Below, in pieces: positions 1 to 9,443 of a DNA stretch of 64,000 nt; position 1 is the first letter of the stretch; every line of letters starts with the position of its first letter. The notes below the pieces were generated by a model that was given only the letters and a program-made list of their open reading frames with translations, searched no databases and had not been told where the DNA came from. The translations under genes and the position numbers were made by a program. The stretch spans positions 96,001 to 160,000 of the forward strand of contig CAWBBV010000007.1 of the NCBI GenBank assembly GCA_963787125.1, read 5' to 3'. Source of the stretch: an uncultured delta proteobacterium (lineage in GTDB: Bacteria; Desulfobacterota; Desulfuromonadia; Geobacterales; DSM-12255).

Positions 1-216
1 GCTGCGGTGCTTCTGGCCAGGGCAAAAATAGATGATCCGGCTTTTCTCGTTCTTCCAACGGGGAAAGGGAACTTTGCGCCGGATCGAGCTGATATCTCCT
101 GGGAAAAGAGCATTACTGCCACTGAGCTTCCCGGCGTGCAGCGGCTGCTGTTAACCGTCAGCTGGGATGGTAATAAAAGGAGTCTTTCGCTTGTCCGCTA
201 TGCTGTCAAGCTCTGA
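1..216 (+). CDS. gspI: Type II secretion minor pseudopilin GspI, C-terminal part (gene begins before the window)
   Basis: Frame is open from base 1; ends ...VQRLLLTVSW...SLSLVRY, a typical GspI C-terminus; overlaps the start of gspJ. The prepilin motif lies outside the window. Confidence 0.6.
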   Translation, partial: AAVLLARAKIDDPAFLVLPTGKGNFAPDRADISWEKSITATELPGVQRLLLTVSWDGNKRSLSLVRYAVKL

Positions 217-823
217 TAACAGGGTACAGGCAGGATTTACCCTGCTGGAAATACTGATTGCCCTGGCGCTCCTTGGAGTGCTTGCCGGTGCGCTCTACGG
301 CACCTACTTCTCGCTGATCAAGGGGCGTGAAGCTGCCAATGAAGGGATGGAGGCAAGAAGAGAGTTGCGAACGACCCTGGATCTGCTACGGCGGGAGATC
401 AACTCGGCTCTTTATAACAAAAATAACAAAAGGCTCCACTTTTCGGTAGAGGACAGGGATGTTTTCAGCAAGCCGGCATCAGTTCTGGCCTTCACGGCGA
501 TTGCCTCGCCACAGCCGGGTGGCCTGGTCGTTTCTGATCAGGTTGACCTGAAATACGAAATTCTGGAGCGGGAGAAGCAGCTGATCCTTACCCGCCGGGC
601 AAAGGATATCTATCACTCCGGTGAAGCGGCTCGTTATCCGCAAATGGAGAATATCGAAGGCTTCTTGGTTGAATGCAAAAACGGCGATAAATGGGTCAAA
701 ACCTGGAATGCGCCAGCCGTTAATTTTAGTCTGCCGGAAGCGGTGCGGGTAACTGTTACGGTTAAGGATGGAGAGAAAACAGCCACCTACACAGTGCTGG
801 CAGCACCGAGGTTGACTCAATGA
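200..823 (+). CDS. gspJ: Type II secretion minor pseudopilin GspJ
   Basis: Prepilin cleavage/methylation motif QAG|FTLLEILIAL; C-terminal W..W....LPEAVRVTV; position between gspI and gspK. Start set at ATG 200. Confidence 0.85.
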   Translation: MLSSSDNRVQAGFTLLEILIALALLGVLAGALYGTYFSLIKGREAANEGMEARRELRTTLDLLRREINSALYNKNNKRLHFSVEDRDVFSKPASVLAFTAIASPQPGGLVVSDQVDLKYEILEREKQLILTRRAKDIYHSGEAARYPQMENIEGFLVECKNGDKWVKTWNAPAVNFSLPEAVRVTVTVKDGEKTATYTVLAAPRLTQ

Positions 824-1773
824 AAGTCGACAACCGCGGCTTTGCTCTGGTGTTGACCCTGATCGTCACGGCCCTGCTGGTGGCGCTTGTGGTCGAGTTC
901 ATCGCCGAGGTTTACGTTGATACTTCTGCAAAATCGAGTTATGTTGCCGCGCAAAAAGCCGGGCTCATGGCTGAATCCGGCGTTTCCGGAGCGCTTGCCA
1001 TGCTCCGGTTCGCGCTGCCGTCCAAAAACTATACCTCGCTGCACGACCTCTGGGCAAAGCCGCTGGATCTTCCCGAGGAGCAGGGTGCGCTCCATGTGAC
1101 GGTGGAGGATGAAAGTGCCAGGCTCTCGCTCAATCAAATTGTCGGCGCCAACGGAACATTCATCGATGAAAACGACCCGACCGGTTCTTATTACGGCACG
1201 GCACTTCGCCTTTTCAGGCGGTTGAAGCTGCCGGCAAATGATCTCTGCGACGCGGTTGCCGACTGGATTGATGATAATGATATCCCCAAGCCGGGCGGCG
1301 CTGAAAACCAGTGGTACCTGGCGCGCAAGCCCTCATTTCCGGCAAAGAACGCCAGGCTGGGCAGTTTTGAGGAGCTTGCCCTGGTGAAAGGTTTCACTGC
1401 GGATATTATGGAAAAGATCAGACCTTTTGTAACTGTTTATGCTGAAAACAGTGTTGCTGCGCCGATAAACATAAATACTGCGCCAAAAGATCTGTTGACG
1501 GCGCTAGACGAGCGGATTAGCGATTCTGTTGCCGAGCAGATTGTTGAGTTTCGCAAAAATACTCCGTTCAAAGACAAAGCGGACCTTGTCAGAGTCCCGG
1601 GAATGGAACAGATTGCTACCGGACTGCAGAGCCGCATCACAGTAAAGAGCAATATCTATCGTATCAAGGCCGAGGCTCAAGTGGATGGTACAACCAGGAT
1701 TGTGGAGGTAGTTGCCGCTTTTAGCGCTGTTGCCGGCGCGGCGCCTGCCATCCTTTACTGGCGCGAGTATTGA
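820..1773 (+). CDS. gspK: Type II secretion minor pseudopilin GspK
   Basis: RG|FALVLTL without Glu5; DWIDDND, EELALVKGF and ININTAP motifs of GspK. Confidence 0.9.
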   Translation: MKVDNRGFALVLTLIVTALLVALVVEFIAEVYVDTSAKSSYVAAQKAGLMAESGVSGALAMLRFALPSKNYTSLHDLWAKPLDLPEEQGALHVTVEDESARLSLNQIVGANGTFIDENDPTGSYYGTALRLFRRLKLPANDLCDAVADWIDDNDIPKPGGAENQWYLARKPSFPAKNARLGSFEELALVKGFTADIMEKIRPFVTVYAENSVAAPININTAPKDLLTALDERISDSVAEQIVEFRKNTPFKDKADLVRVPGMEQIATGLQSRITVKSNIYRIKAEAQVDGTTRIVEVVAAFSAVAGAAPAILYWREY

Positions 1774-1795
1774 TGGAGTTTCCAGAGGTGTTTGC

Positions 1796-3094
1796 ATGTT
1801 CATAACCGTAATCCAGAAAAAAACCGATGAATTCATCCTGTCCCGCTATCAGCGCAGGCGCGGGACTCTCCAGTTTGTACGTGGGGTAAGGCATAGGTTG
1901 GCCGATACTGACGTCAGCTGTGACGACATTCTTGCCACCTGGGCCGGTGAATGTCAGGGTGACAGAATAGTTTTGGCATTACCGCCATCGCTACTGTCAA
2001 TCCGTGAGCTTGACCTGCCGGTTTCCGACCGGAAAAAGTGTCGGGAGATACTCCCTCTGGAGCTTAAAGGGGAACTGGCTTCAGACGCTGAAGAACCGGT
2101 TTTCGAGGCGTTGCCCCTTGCAGGCGGGAAGATGGCCGCTATCTGGGCAAAACAGACGGTTGTGGCCGCGGAGATAAAAAGTCTCGCCGATAAAGGTCTT
2201 GACCCGGAAGTTGTTACCTGTTCGCTGTTCAATTGGCAGAATCTGCTTCCTGAAAGTTGTGATGGTGCGGTAGCTGTTACTGACGGTGAGAGTGTGGCGG
2301 TCTTCTTGGACAAAAAACCGCTCTTTTTCAGGGCATTGCCACAAAGTGGCGACAGTCCGCTGGCGGTCACCCTGGCTGCTGTCGAACTTGCAAAAGGGGT
2401 CAAGGTAGAAAGAACCTTCACCCTGGGAGATTTCCAGCCGGAAAGTTTGCTGGAGACGACGCATCTACCTCCCGGGAACGCACTGGCGATTGCCTTCCCA
2501 GGAGACGTTGCTGCCGCTGCTGATCTTGCGCCGCAATTTTCCATGGCAATGGAGTTTGTAACCGGTGAGTCGATAAACTTTCGCAGAGGATTATTAAGCT
2601 TCACTAAAACCCGCGACAAGTTCAAGAAAAAACTGCGTCTTACCTACGCTCTTGCCGCTACAGTCGTGCTACTTGTACTCGCTGAAGCGGGGGTTAGGTA
2701 TTTTATTGCTCAAAGGGAGCTGACTTCGCTGAATATGTCAATCGGCAGCATCTATAAAGAGGTTTTCCCGACGCGGACAAAGCCTGTCGATGAAGTTTCC
2801 GAGCTTAAAGCGGAGATTAAAAAACTGGGGGCAGCTGGCTCTGAAGGGGTTCTGGCGCTTCTGAACAAACTGACTGAGGCCAAGGGCGATGATCCGCGCG
2901 AGATCTACGAGGTGGATTTCGACGGCAGTCAGGTTTCGGGCAGAGGTTATGACCGTTCCGCTCAAAGCGTAAATGACTTCAAGACCAAAGCTGCCCAGCT
3001 TTTCGCAAGTTTTGAGGTGAGTGAGATTAAGAGCCGTCCTGACGGTACAGTCAGTTTTGCTTTCAAAGGCACCTCCAAAGGGGGTGTGAAATGA
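1796..3094 (+). CDS. gspL: Type II secretion inner-membrane platform protein GspL
   Basis: Cytoplasmic actin-like region, INFRRG motif, one TM helix, short periplasmic domain; operon position; GAGG upstream of ATG 1796. Confidence 0.85.
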   Translation: MFITVIQKKTDEFILSRYQRRRGTLQFVRGVRHRLADTDVSCDDILATWAGECQGDRIVLALPPSLLSIRELDLPVSDRKKCREILPLELKGELASDAEEPVFEALPLAGGKMAAIWAKQTVVAAEIKSLADKGLDPEVVTCSLFNWQNLLPESCDGAVAVTDGESVAVFLDKKPLFFRALPQSGDSPLAVTLAAVELAKGVKVERTFTLGDFQPESLLETTHLPPGNALAIAFPGDVAAAADLAPQFSMAMEFVTGESINFRRGLLSFTKTRDKFKKKLRLTYALAATVVLLVLAEAGVRYFIAQRELTSLNMSIGSIYKEVFPTRTKPVDEVSELKAEIKKLGAAGSEGVLALLNKLTEAKGDDPREIYEVDFDGSQVSGRGYDRSAQSVNDFKTKAAQLFASFEVSEIKSRPDGTVSFAFKGTSKGGVK

Positions 3095-3627
3095 GTCTCC
3101 GGGAGCAATTTAACGAAATGGAACCCGCTGCCAGACTTCGCTGCGGTTACTGCATCGCAGCGCTGTTGCTGCTGGCGATTGTCTACACAGCGCTTCACGA
3201 CAGGATTGTGAAGCTGGAAAAGAAGCGGGTCAGTAGGGAAGCAGCCCTGACAGAAATTATGCTACTGAAACAGCGTCATCGTGAGGCTAATGCAGGCGCG
3301 CAGAAGCTTGCCAACAGACTCTCTGCCGTGACTGCCGATGACACTCTTGCCAAGCTGATCGAAGAGATCGGAATAAAAGGGAAGGGTATCCAGATAAAAT
3401 CCCTGAAAGGGGAGGATAGGCCCGGATTCAGTGAAGATGCCGCTGAAATCAGGTTTGAAGGGCTATCCGCGAATGAAGTTGTAAATCTGCTTTATCGCCT
3501 GGAGAAAGGGGTAAAGCCGGTAGTTATAAAAAAAGCCAATCTGAAGACACGCTACGATGAACCGGCGAAACTGGATGTAACCCTCAGTGTAGCTCTCCTC
3601 AAACCAGCTGCCCAGGAGAAGAGATGA
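3091..3627 (+). CDS. gspM: Type II secretion protein GspM
   Basis: N-terminal TM helix, coiled coil and ferredoxin-like C-terminus (LLYRLE); ATGA overlap with gspL. Confidence 0.85.
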   Translation: MSLREQFNEMEPAARLRCGYCIAALLLLAIVYTALHDRIVKLEKKRVSREAALTEIMLLKQRHREANAGAQKLANRLSAVTADDTLAKLIEEIGIKGKGIQIKSLKGEDRPGFSEDAAEIRFEGLSANEVVNLLYRLEKGVKPVVIKKANLKTRYDEPAKLDVTLSVALLKPAAQEKR

Positions 3628-4466
3628 AGCTGTTCAGATTCTGCCGTATTGCAGGTCTGACTCTTGGCGGAGTGATTCTCTTTATCATTCTTACCGCGCT
3701 CTTTATTCCGGCAAAATCACTGCTAAACGCCGCCAACCGAGGGCTGACGCAGTATGGGCTGAAGCTTGAAGCAATAAGTTTCGGTAAATTATTGCCTCTG
3801 GGGATAAAAGGGACTGGAGTGACGCTCTCGTCAGAGTCGGGAGAGCTTCTTAAAGTAAGAACGGGACGTGTCTCAATTGAGTTATTGCCACTTCTGTCAG
3901 GCAGGCTGATTCTCTCAATTGGTGCTGATATCGGTTCAGGTTCGCTGGTCTCTTCCCTGTCGCTGTTGCGCAGCCCGTCTACTTATTTGGAGCTTAAAAA
4001 CGTTCGCCTTGAAGATATTCCTTTTTTTCAGTCCGTTGCCGGGATGAAAGCCGGCGGGATTCTATCCGGAAAAGTTGAGATAGCTGGTCTGTTGGCAAAA
4101 GCAAAAGGCACTGTCCAGCTGGAGGTGAAGGGTGCGGAGTTGAGTGGCATTAAAATTGGCGCGATGCCGCTTCCGGACGCTTCTTACCATACAGTGCAGG
4201 GGCTGATAAAAGTTGCCGAGGGCAAGGGTTCAATAGAGAGCTTTACCCTTCAGGGCGCGGATCTTTATATCAGGCTGAAAGGGGGGCTGCCGCTTGTTGA
4301 CCCCCTTCCGGCAACTCCGCTTGACCTGTCGCTCGAAATTATGCCCAAACCTGAACTGCTTGAAAAGCAGAAGTTTGTTTTTCTGCTATTGGTTAAATAT
4401 CAGGATACTCCCGGTCATTATCTCATTCCGGTCAAGGGGACTCTCGGCAAGCCGCAGGTGCTGTAA
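3624..4466 (+). CDS. gspN: Type II secretion protein GspN (deltaproteobacterial type)
   Basis: N-terminal anchor, beta-rich body, C-terminal GTLGKP; last gene of the gsp operon. Confidence 0.8.
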   Translation: MKLFRFCRIAGLTLGGVILFIILTALFIPAKSLLNAANRGLTQYGLKLEAISFGKLLPLGIKGTGVTLSSESGELLKVRTGRVSIELLPLLSGRLILSIGADIGSGSLVSSLSLLRSPSTYLELKNVRLEDIPFFQSVAGMKAGGILSGKVEIAGLLAKAKGTVQLEVKGAELSGIKIGAMPLPDASYHTVQGLIKVAEGKGSIESFTLQGADLYIRLKGGLPLVDPLPATPLDLSLEIMPKPELLEKQKFVFLLLVKYQDTPGHYLIPVKGTLGKPQVL

Positions 4467-4482
4467 CTTGTAGCTTCATAAT

Positions 4483-4520
4483 AAAAGGGCCTGCCGCAAT
4501 TCGTGCGGCAGGCCCTTTTT
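4483..4520. terminator. Bidirectional intrinsic terminator
   Basis: AAAAGGGCCTGCCGCA-ATTCG-TGCGGCAGGCCCTTTTT, a perfect stem with A/T tracts between convergent gspN and helicase genes. Confidence 0.9.
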
Positions 4521-4569
4521 CAATTATACTTGGTCAGTGGTAACGTTATAGTTGGACAGCTGCTATCAA

Positions 4570-5937
4570 CTACCTTTGACCTCTTTGATGCTCCCCGGCA
4601 GGCCGGCGGTATTCAACAACAACTTCTTTCTGCGCTCTTGGCGCTCCCCATTTCTGGCGACGATCACTTGTCGGCGCAGCTCCGGCACCGGCACTGGCAT
4701 CTTTTCTGAAACCTTTACCCGCAGCATTGGAGACGCCAGGTTTTTTACCTCGGCCTGCTCCAGGTTTGCCGCTGTTTACCGGCAGCCGTGGCAGTTCACG
4801 GGTCGGCTCAAGTCCGACTATGACCTGACGGGGCAGTTTCTGGCCGATGAAACGCTCGATTTTGTCGAGATAGCTGAGTTCATTCAACGAAACGAACGAT
4901 ATTGCCGTTCCTGTTGCCCCGGCACGCCCGGTTCTGCCGATACGGTGGACATAATCCTCGGCAAAGCGCGGCAGGTCGAAATTGATAACATGGCTGATGC
5001 CGTTGACATCAAGGCCTCTGGCCGCAACATCTGTGGCCACAAGCAGTTTGACGCGTCCGCGACGCAGATCGGAGATCGTTCTGTTGCGAGCGCCCTGGCT
5101 CATGTCGCCATGGAGCGCAGCGGCGGAGTGACCTTTGCTGTGAAGATCCATTGCCAGCGCATCGGCATCTTTTTTGGTGGCAGAAAAGATGATGGCGCTG
5201 GAGAGCTCTGTATCGGCAATCAGATGTTGTAGCAGTCTGTTTTTGTGCTGGAAATTATCGGCAACATGAAGCCTCTGTTCGATTTCATCAAGAGTTACCC
5301 GTTTGCCGGCGATTTCAACCCGCTGGGGGTTTTTCAGCATCCGGTTGGCAAGTTTTGTCGCTGCTGCATCCATGGTAGCAGTGAACATGAGGGTCTGACG
5401 GCCTTCCGGTGTCGCGGCGGCAATCTTGTCCATGTCTTCGCTGAAGCCCATGTCGAGCATTCTGTCGGCTTCGTCGAGAATAAGCATTTCTACGCGGCTG
5501 AAATCGATCCGGCGGTTTTCGAGGTGATCCACAAGGCGGCCCGGGGTAGCGACGATGAAATCAACCGGCTGGGAAAGGAGGCGCAGTTGCTCACGATAGG
5601 ACATGCCGCCAAGAATGGCGCCGCTTTTGATACGGCTGAAGCGGCCATAGTTCTTGACAGCATCGGTCACCTGGTTAGCCAGCTCTCTTGTCGGAGTCAG
5701 AACCAGAATCCGCGGGCCTTTGCCTCTTAGAGTTGAAGGGACGGAAAGTTTCTGGAGGGCCGGAAGGACAAAACTGGCGGTTTTGCCGGTGCCGGTCTGA
5801 GCGGAACCAATCAGGTCATGACCAGCAAGAGCAACAGGAATAGCCTGTTCCTGAATCGGGGTCGGGGTTGTGTAGCCGCAAGCTTCAATTGCTTTCAGTA
5901 TCTGCGGGGTGAGGTTGAGTTCTGCGAATGTCATCAT
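4570..5937 (-). CDS. DEAD-box ATP-dependent RNA helicase (RhlE-like)
   Basis: Q motif, AQTGTGKT, PTRELA, TPGRL, DEAD, HRIGRTGRAG; basic C-terminal tail; AAGGA ahead of ATG 5937/5934. Confidence 0.95.
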   Translation of the reverse strand: MMTFAELNLTPQILKAIEACGYTTPTPIQEQAIPVALAGHDLIGSAQTGTGKTASFVLPALQKLSVPSTLRGKGPRILVLTPTRELANQVTDAVKNYGRFSRIKSGAILGGMSYREQLRLLSQPVDFIVATPGRLVDHLENRRIDFSRVEMLILDEADRMLDMGFSEDMDKIAAATPEGRQTLMFTATMDAAATKLANRMLKNPQRVEIAGKRVTLDEIEQRLHVADNFQHKNRLLQHLIADTELSSAIIFSATKKDADALAMDLHSKGHSAAALHGDMSQGARNRTISDLRRGRVKLLVATDVAARGLDVNGISHVINFDLPRFAEDYVHRIGRTGRAGATGTAISFVSLNELSYLDKIERFIGQKLPRQVIVGLEPTRELPRLPVNSGKPGAGRGKKPGVSNAAGKGFRKDASAGAGAAPTSDRRQKWGAPRAQKEVVVEYRRPAGEHQRGQR

Positions 5938-6159
5938 AATTCCTTTTGTATAGCGGCAAGTCGGGCGAATAAAGGCCGTTTGTGGTGCACGGCACAAATA
6001 TCCAATAGAGTCCGCAGAACTTGGATGACGTCTCTTGCCTTAAGGTCGTCAGCGTCGGCTCTGTGGAGCAGGGCGGCTTTGGCATCGTCGCCAACCGGAC
6101 TTGTAGCTGCGTTGTCAGGAATTTCTGAACAGCAGGGGGGTCAGTGAGCGATGGGAAAG

Positions 6160-6181
6160 GGAGAGCGGTTAACGGCTCTCC
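6160..6181 (-). terminator. Hairpin, possibly a weak terminator, after the OB-fold gene
   Basis: GGAGAGC-CGTTAACC-GCTCTCC followed only by CTTTCCC on the minus strand (poor U-tract). Confidence 0.4.
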
Positions 6182-6200
6182 GCCTGAATGAGAAACTGTA

Positions 6201-6950
6201 CTACTTGGTTGAAGCGTCCTCCATGATAACGGCATACTTGTAGCCGCCACCAAAGTCTACATTGTTATGAAATACGCCGGTAAATGTGACAACGTCACCG
6301 GTATTAGGTGAAGCCTGAGTGGTAATGACAAGCTTGTTGGCGCCGTTTTCGCCGGTGCCGTCCTTGATGTGGACCCAGGTACGATTCATGACTCCAGCCG
6401 TAACCTTGACGACCTGACCACGTACTGAGATGATCTTGTCCTGAAGCTCTGCCCGCTTGGCAAAAACTTCGGCAAGATCATAAGCGTTGGCGCCCTTTGC
6501 TTTTTCAACCTTGAGGCCTTCAACGATTGGCTTGCCCTCTTTTTTTGCGTTGCCAGGTGCGGGTGCACTCATGTCAGCACCTTTATGGGCGTTTACTTTT
6601 CGCCTTTCATTATACTTATCAGTCGGTCCGCTTGAGAAAACGATCTGTTTGAAAGTTTTATTGAGCGCTTTACTGGTCCATTCGCCCATCGGAGTGCCGG
6701 CATGGAGTTCAACTTCTTCACCAACCTCAACGTAAAGTACCGGAATGGCAACCCAATCCTTAAAGCCGTCAACATCAAGCAGCATGTATGTGTAGCCACC
6801 ACTATCCATTGTTTCCAGCACTTTACCGACTATCGGCTTGGCAGTCACCTCTTCAGCCGCCGCAGCTGGTTTCATGTCAGGCATTGCAAAGGCTGATGAA
6901 GTCAGGCTCAGAACTGTTATGAGAGTTGCTGCTGCAGTTTTGATTTTCAT
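6201..6950 (-). CDS. Exported tandem OB-fold protein (NrfJ-related type)
   Basis: Signal peptide (SAFA|M); GKVLETMDSGGYTY...WVA first OB fold; VRGQVVKV...WVHIKDGTG...DFGGGYKY second OB fold; GGAG upstream. Confidence 0.7.
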   Translation of the reverse strand: MKIKTAAATLITVLSLTSSAFAMPDMKPAAAAEEVTAKPIVGKVLETMDSGGYTYMLLDVDGFKDWVAIPVLYVEVGEEVELHAGTPMGEWTSKALNKTFKQIVFSSGPTDKYNERRKVNAHKGADMSAPAPGNAKKEGKPIVEGLKVEKAKGANAYDLAEVFAKRAELQDKIISVRGQVVKVTAGVMNRTWVHIKDGTGENGANKLVITTQASPNTGDVVTFTGVFHNNVDFGGGYKYAVIMEDASTK

Positions 6951-6972
6951 GTTTGTCTCCTGCTTACAGAGC

Positions 6973-7011
6973 AACAAAAAAGACCCATAGCTGCCCAGGG
7001 TCTTATTTGTT
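6973..7011 (-). terminator. Intrinsic terminator-like hairpin after tRNA-Glu
   Basis: Minus strand AAGACCC-N11-GGGTCTT followed by TTTTGTT. Confidence 0.65.
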
Positions 7012-7019
7012 ATAAAGAT

Positions 7020-7097
7020 TGGCGTCCCCTGCCGGATTTGAACCGGCGTCGCCGCCGTGAAAGGGCGGTGTCCTGGGCCGGGCTAGACGAAGGGGAC
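7020..7097 (-). tRNA. tRNA-Glu (anticodon TTC)
   Basis: GTCCCCT/AGGGGAC acceptor stem, anticodon arm CCGCC-CTTTCAC-GGCGG, T-loop GGTTCAAATCC, encoded CCA. Confidence 0.97.
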
Positions 7098-7154
7098 ATT
7101 TGAGGTTTGAAAGATTTGAATTAAACCGCTGTCGCCTTGGCTCAAAGAATTCTT

Positions 7155-7183
7155 TTTATACAATAATTAGCATTGCAAGTCAA
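7155..7183 (-). promoter_or_regulatory. Sigma70 promoter for tRNA-Glu
   Basis: TTGACT-17 nt-TATAAA on the minus strand with AT-rich sequence upstream. Confidence 0.75.
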
Positions 7184-7269
7184 CCACTTATTTGTTTTCA
7201 TCATGGCAAGCCATGCCAGCTGACCTTATTTAAATAGCAATCTGGTTAAACCAGACTAAAACTATCCTG

Positions 7270-7298
7270 TTGACTTTATCTGCTGTTTGCAATAAATT
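7270..7298 (+). promoter_or_regulatory. Putative sigma70 promoter for the rubrerythrin-like gene
   Basis: TTGACT-17 nt-TAAATT, about 40 nt before the ATG, which has a GGAGG site. Confidence 0.5.
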
Positions 7299-7338
7299 GT
7301 TCGATGTATACAAACCGTACCGGGGAGGGTAAATCAGA

Positions 7339-7791
7339 ATGAATTTCATAACACTTGAAGAGATAATCAGTTTTGCTGTGGAACGTGAGGATACCGCATA
7401 CCGTCTTTACAAGCGAGCTGCTGAGCTTAGTACCAGTATTGCTTCCAGGAAGATGTTTGAGGAGATGGCTGCCGAAGAAGCCGGCCACAAGGAAGTTTTC
7501 AGCCGTATAGACACTGAAAAGGCCGAAAATCACAGAAGTGTCAGGATTCCTGATATGCAGATTTCGCAATATCTCGTAGACGTACCATTTCGCAAAGATA
7601 TGACGTACCAGGAAATCCTCACTTTTGCCATGAAGGCCGAAGAGTCAGCGTACAAACTTTACGAAGCTGCGGCGGCGGCAACTGAGGACGCGAAACTGAA
7701 AAATGTGCTGAAAGTGTTTGCGGATGTTGAGCGAGGTCACAAGGCGCGGATAGAGCAGCTCTATGACGAGCATGTCCTGACTGAAGGCTAA
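7339..7791 (+). CDS. Rubrerythrin/ferritin-like diiron protein
   Basis: Two E...Y...ExxH half-sites (EEAGH, VERGH) in a four-helix-bundle pattern; no rubredoxin domain. Confidence 0.85.
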   Translation: MNFITLEEIISFAVEREDTAYRLYKRAAELSTSIASRKMFEEMAAEEAGHKEVFSRIDTEKAENHRSVRIPDMQISQYLVDVPFRKDMTYQEILTFAMKAEESAYKLYEAAAAATEDAKLKNVLKVFADVERGHKARIEQLYDEHVLTEG

Positions 7792-7806
7792 GGAGATATA
7801 AACAGG

Positions 7807-8574
7807 ATGCCACGTTCACTTTACTTCGGATTTTTTTCAGTTAGCTTTTTTGTGATTTTATCATTTATAACGATGACAGCCGCAATTGCCGCACCAGTCG
7901 TGCTGATAGACCAGACCCATGATCAGCGCTTTGTAATTGAAAAGGACGGGCCGCTCCAACTGTCAAGTTTTGCTAAAATATTGACAGATGAAGGTTTCGC
8001 GGTAAAGAGCTCATCAGAACCTTTTACGGCTGAAGCTCTAAAAGGTGTGGACGCGGTTATAATTTCAGGGCCTTTCAGAACGCTGGAGCCAGGGGAAGTT
8101 AATCTCCTCCTCGGTTTTCTTGAGCGCGGCGGGCGGCTCTCTTGCATGTTGCATATAGGCTCGCCGTTTGCTGAACTGCTGCATCGACTTGAAGTGGATT
8201 TTACCAACTATGTTCTTTATGAGCAGGAGAATATCATCGATAATGACCCAAGAAATTTCCAGGTCAAGGCTCTGATGTCTGATGCCCTATTCGGCGGTCT
8301 GGATCACTTTTCTCTCTATGGCGGCTGGGCGTTGATGAACACAGCGCCATCCGCCAGAATTATTGCCTCAACATCACCAAAAGCATGGGTCGATCTGAAC
8401 GGCGACAAGAAACTTTCTAATGGCGATGTAGTTCAATCTTTTGGAGTAGTGGTTACCGGCGAGTTCGGTGCCGGCAGGTTTGTGGTGTTCGGGGACGACG
8501 CGATCTTTCAGAACAAGTTCCTTGACGAAAGTAATCGTAAGCTGGCGATGAATCTTGCCAAGTGGCTCAAATAA
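7807..8574 (+). CDS. Exported DUF4350/GATase-like domain protein
   Basis: Signal peptide; VLIDQTH, FLERGGRL, GAGRFVVFGDDAIFQN...N.KLAMNLAKWL pattern. Confidence 0.6.
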   Translation: MPRSLYFGFFSVSFFVILSFITMTAAIAAPVVLIDQTHDQRFVIEKDGPLQLSSFAKILTDEGFAVKSSSEPFTAEALKGVDAVIISGPFRTLEPGEVNLLLGFLERGGRLSCMLHIGSPFAELLHRLEVDFTNYVLYEQENIIDNDPRNFQVKALMSDALFGGLDHFSLYGGWALMNTAPSARIIASTSPKAWVDLNGDKKLSNGDVVQSFGVVVTGEFGAGRFVVFGDDAIFQNKFLDESNRKLAMNLAKWLK

Positions 8575-9443
8575 TGAAAACTTACGCTAATATCTCCCCT
8601 GCAACTCAACTTTGTGCTGTTATCGGCAATCCGGTGGCGCACTCTCTTTCGCCGGCTCTCCACAACGCGGCTTTTAATGCTCTTGGCCTTGATTTTGTGT
8701 ATGTTGCCTTCAGAGTTGAAGATCTGAAAAGTGCATTGGCAGGGATGCGGGCGCTCCAAAATTTCCGCGGCATGAGCGTTACGATCCCACACAAATTGGA
8801 AATAATCGACTATCTTGATGATGTCGCCGAGATTGACAGGTTTATCGGCTCTGTTAACACCGTTATCAATGAAGATGGCAGGCTTTGTGGCATTGGCACA
8901 GACGGTCCAGGGGCTCTCAAGGCGATAGTTGATGCTGGAGTGAACCTTGTCGGGAAAAACATTCTCATGCTCGGAGCTGGCGGTGCTGCAAGGGCGATAG
9001 CGTTTACCCTTGCCCGGTCTGCGGCGCTTGACCGGCTGGTTCTCCTGGACCTCAACGAATCGCTGCTCAAATCTCTAGCCGCTGATTTACGAAAAGGCGT
9101 TTCAGTACCGGTTGAGGCTGAATCCCTTGACCAGGGCTCTATTGCTAAAAGGGTATCAGCAGCGGACATCATCATCAACTGCACGCCGGTCGGCATGCAC
9201 CCGAAAGAGAACGCATCGCTCGTTCCGGTGGAACTCTTCAGGGAGGCTCAGACTGTATTTGATGTTGTTTATACCCCCCTCGAAACCAGACTCCTGCGGG
9301 ATGCGGCAGCAAAAGGGTGCAGAGTCATATCAGGAGTCGAGATGTTTATAAATCAGGCCGTGCTGCAGTTCGAGCGTTTTACCGGAGTCGACGCCCCAGT
9401 CGAGGTCATGCGCCAGGTTGTTATGGAGCGGCTCAAAGGATGA
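8574..9443 (+). CDS. aroE: Shikimate dehydrogenase
   Basis: GNPVAHSLSP, SVTIPHK, TDGPG, GAGGAARA, NCTPVGM, DVVYTP motifs. Confidence 0.95.
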   Translation: MKTYANISPATQLCAVIGNPVAHSLSPALHNAAFNALGLDFVYVAFRVEDLKSALAGMRALQNFRGMSVTIPHKLEIIDYLDDVAEIDRFIGSVNTVINEDGRLCGIGTDGPGALKAIVDAGVNLVGKNILMLGAGGAARAIAFTLARSAALDRLVLLDLNESLLKSLAADLRKGVSVPVEAESLDQGSIAKRVSAADIIINCTPVGMHPKENASLVPVELFREAQTVFDVVYTPLETRLLRDAAAKGCRVISGVEMFINQAVLQFERFTGVDAPVEVMRQVVMERLKG

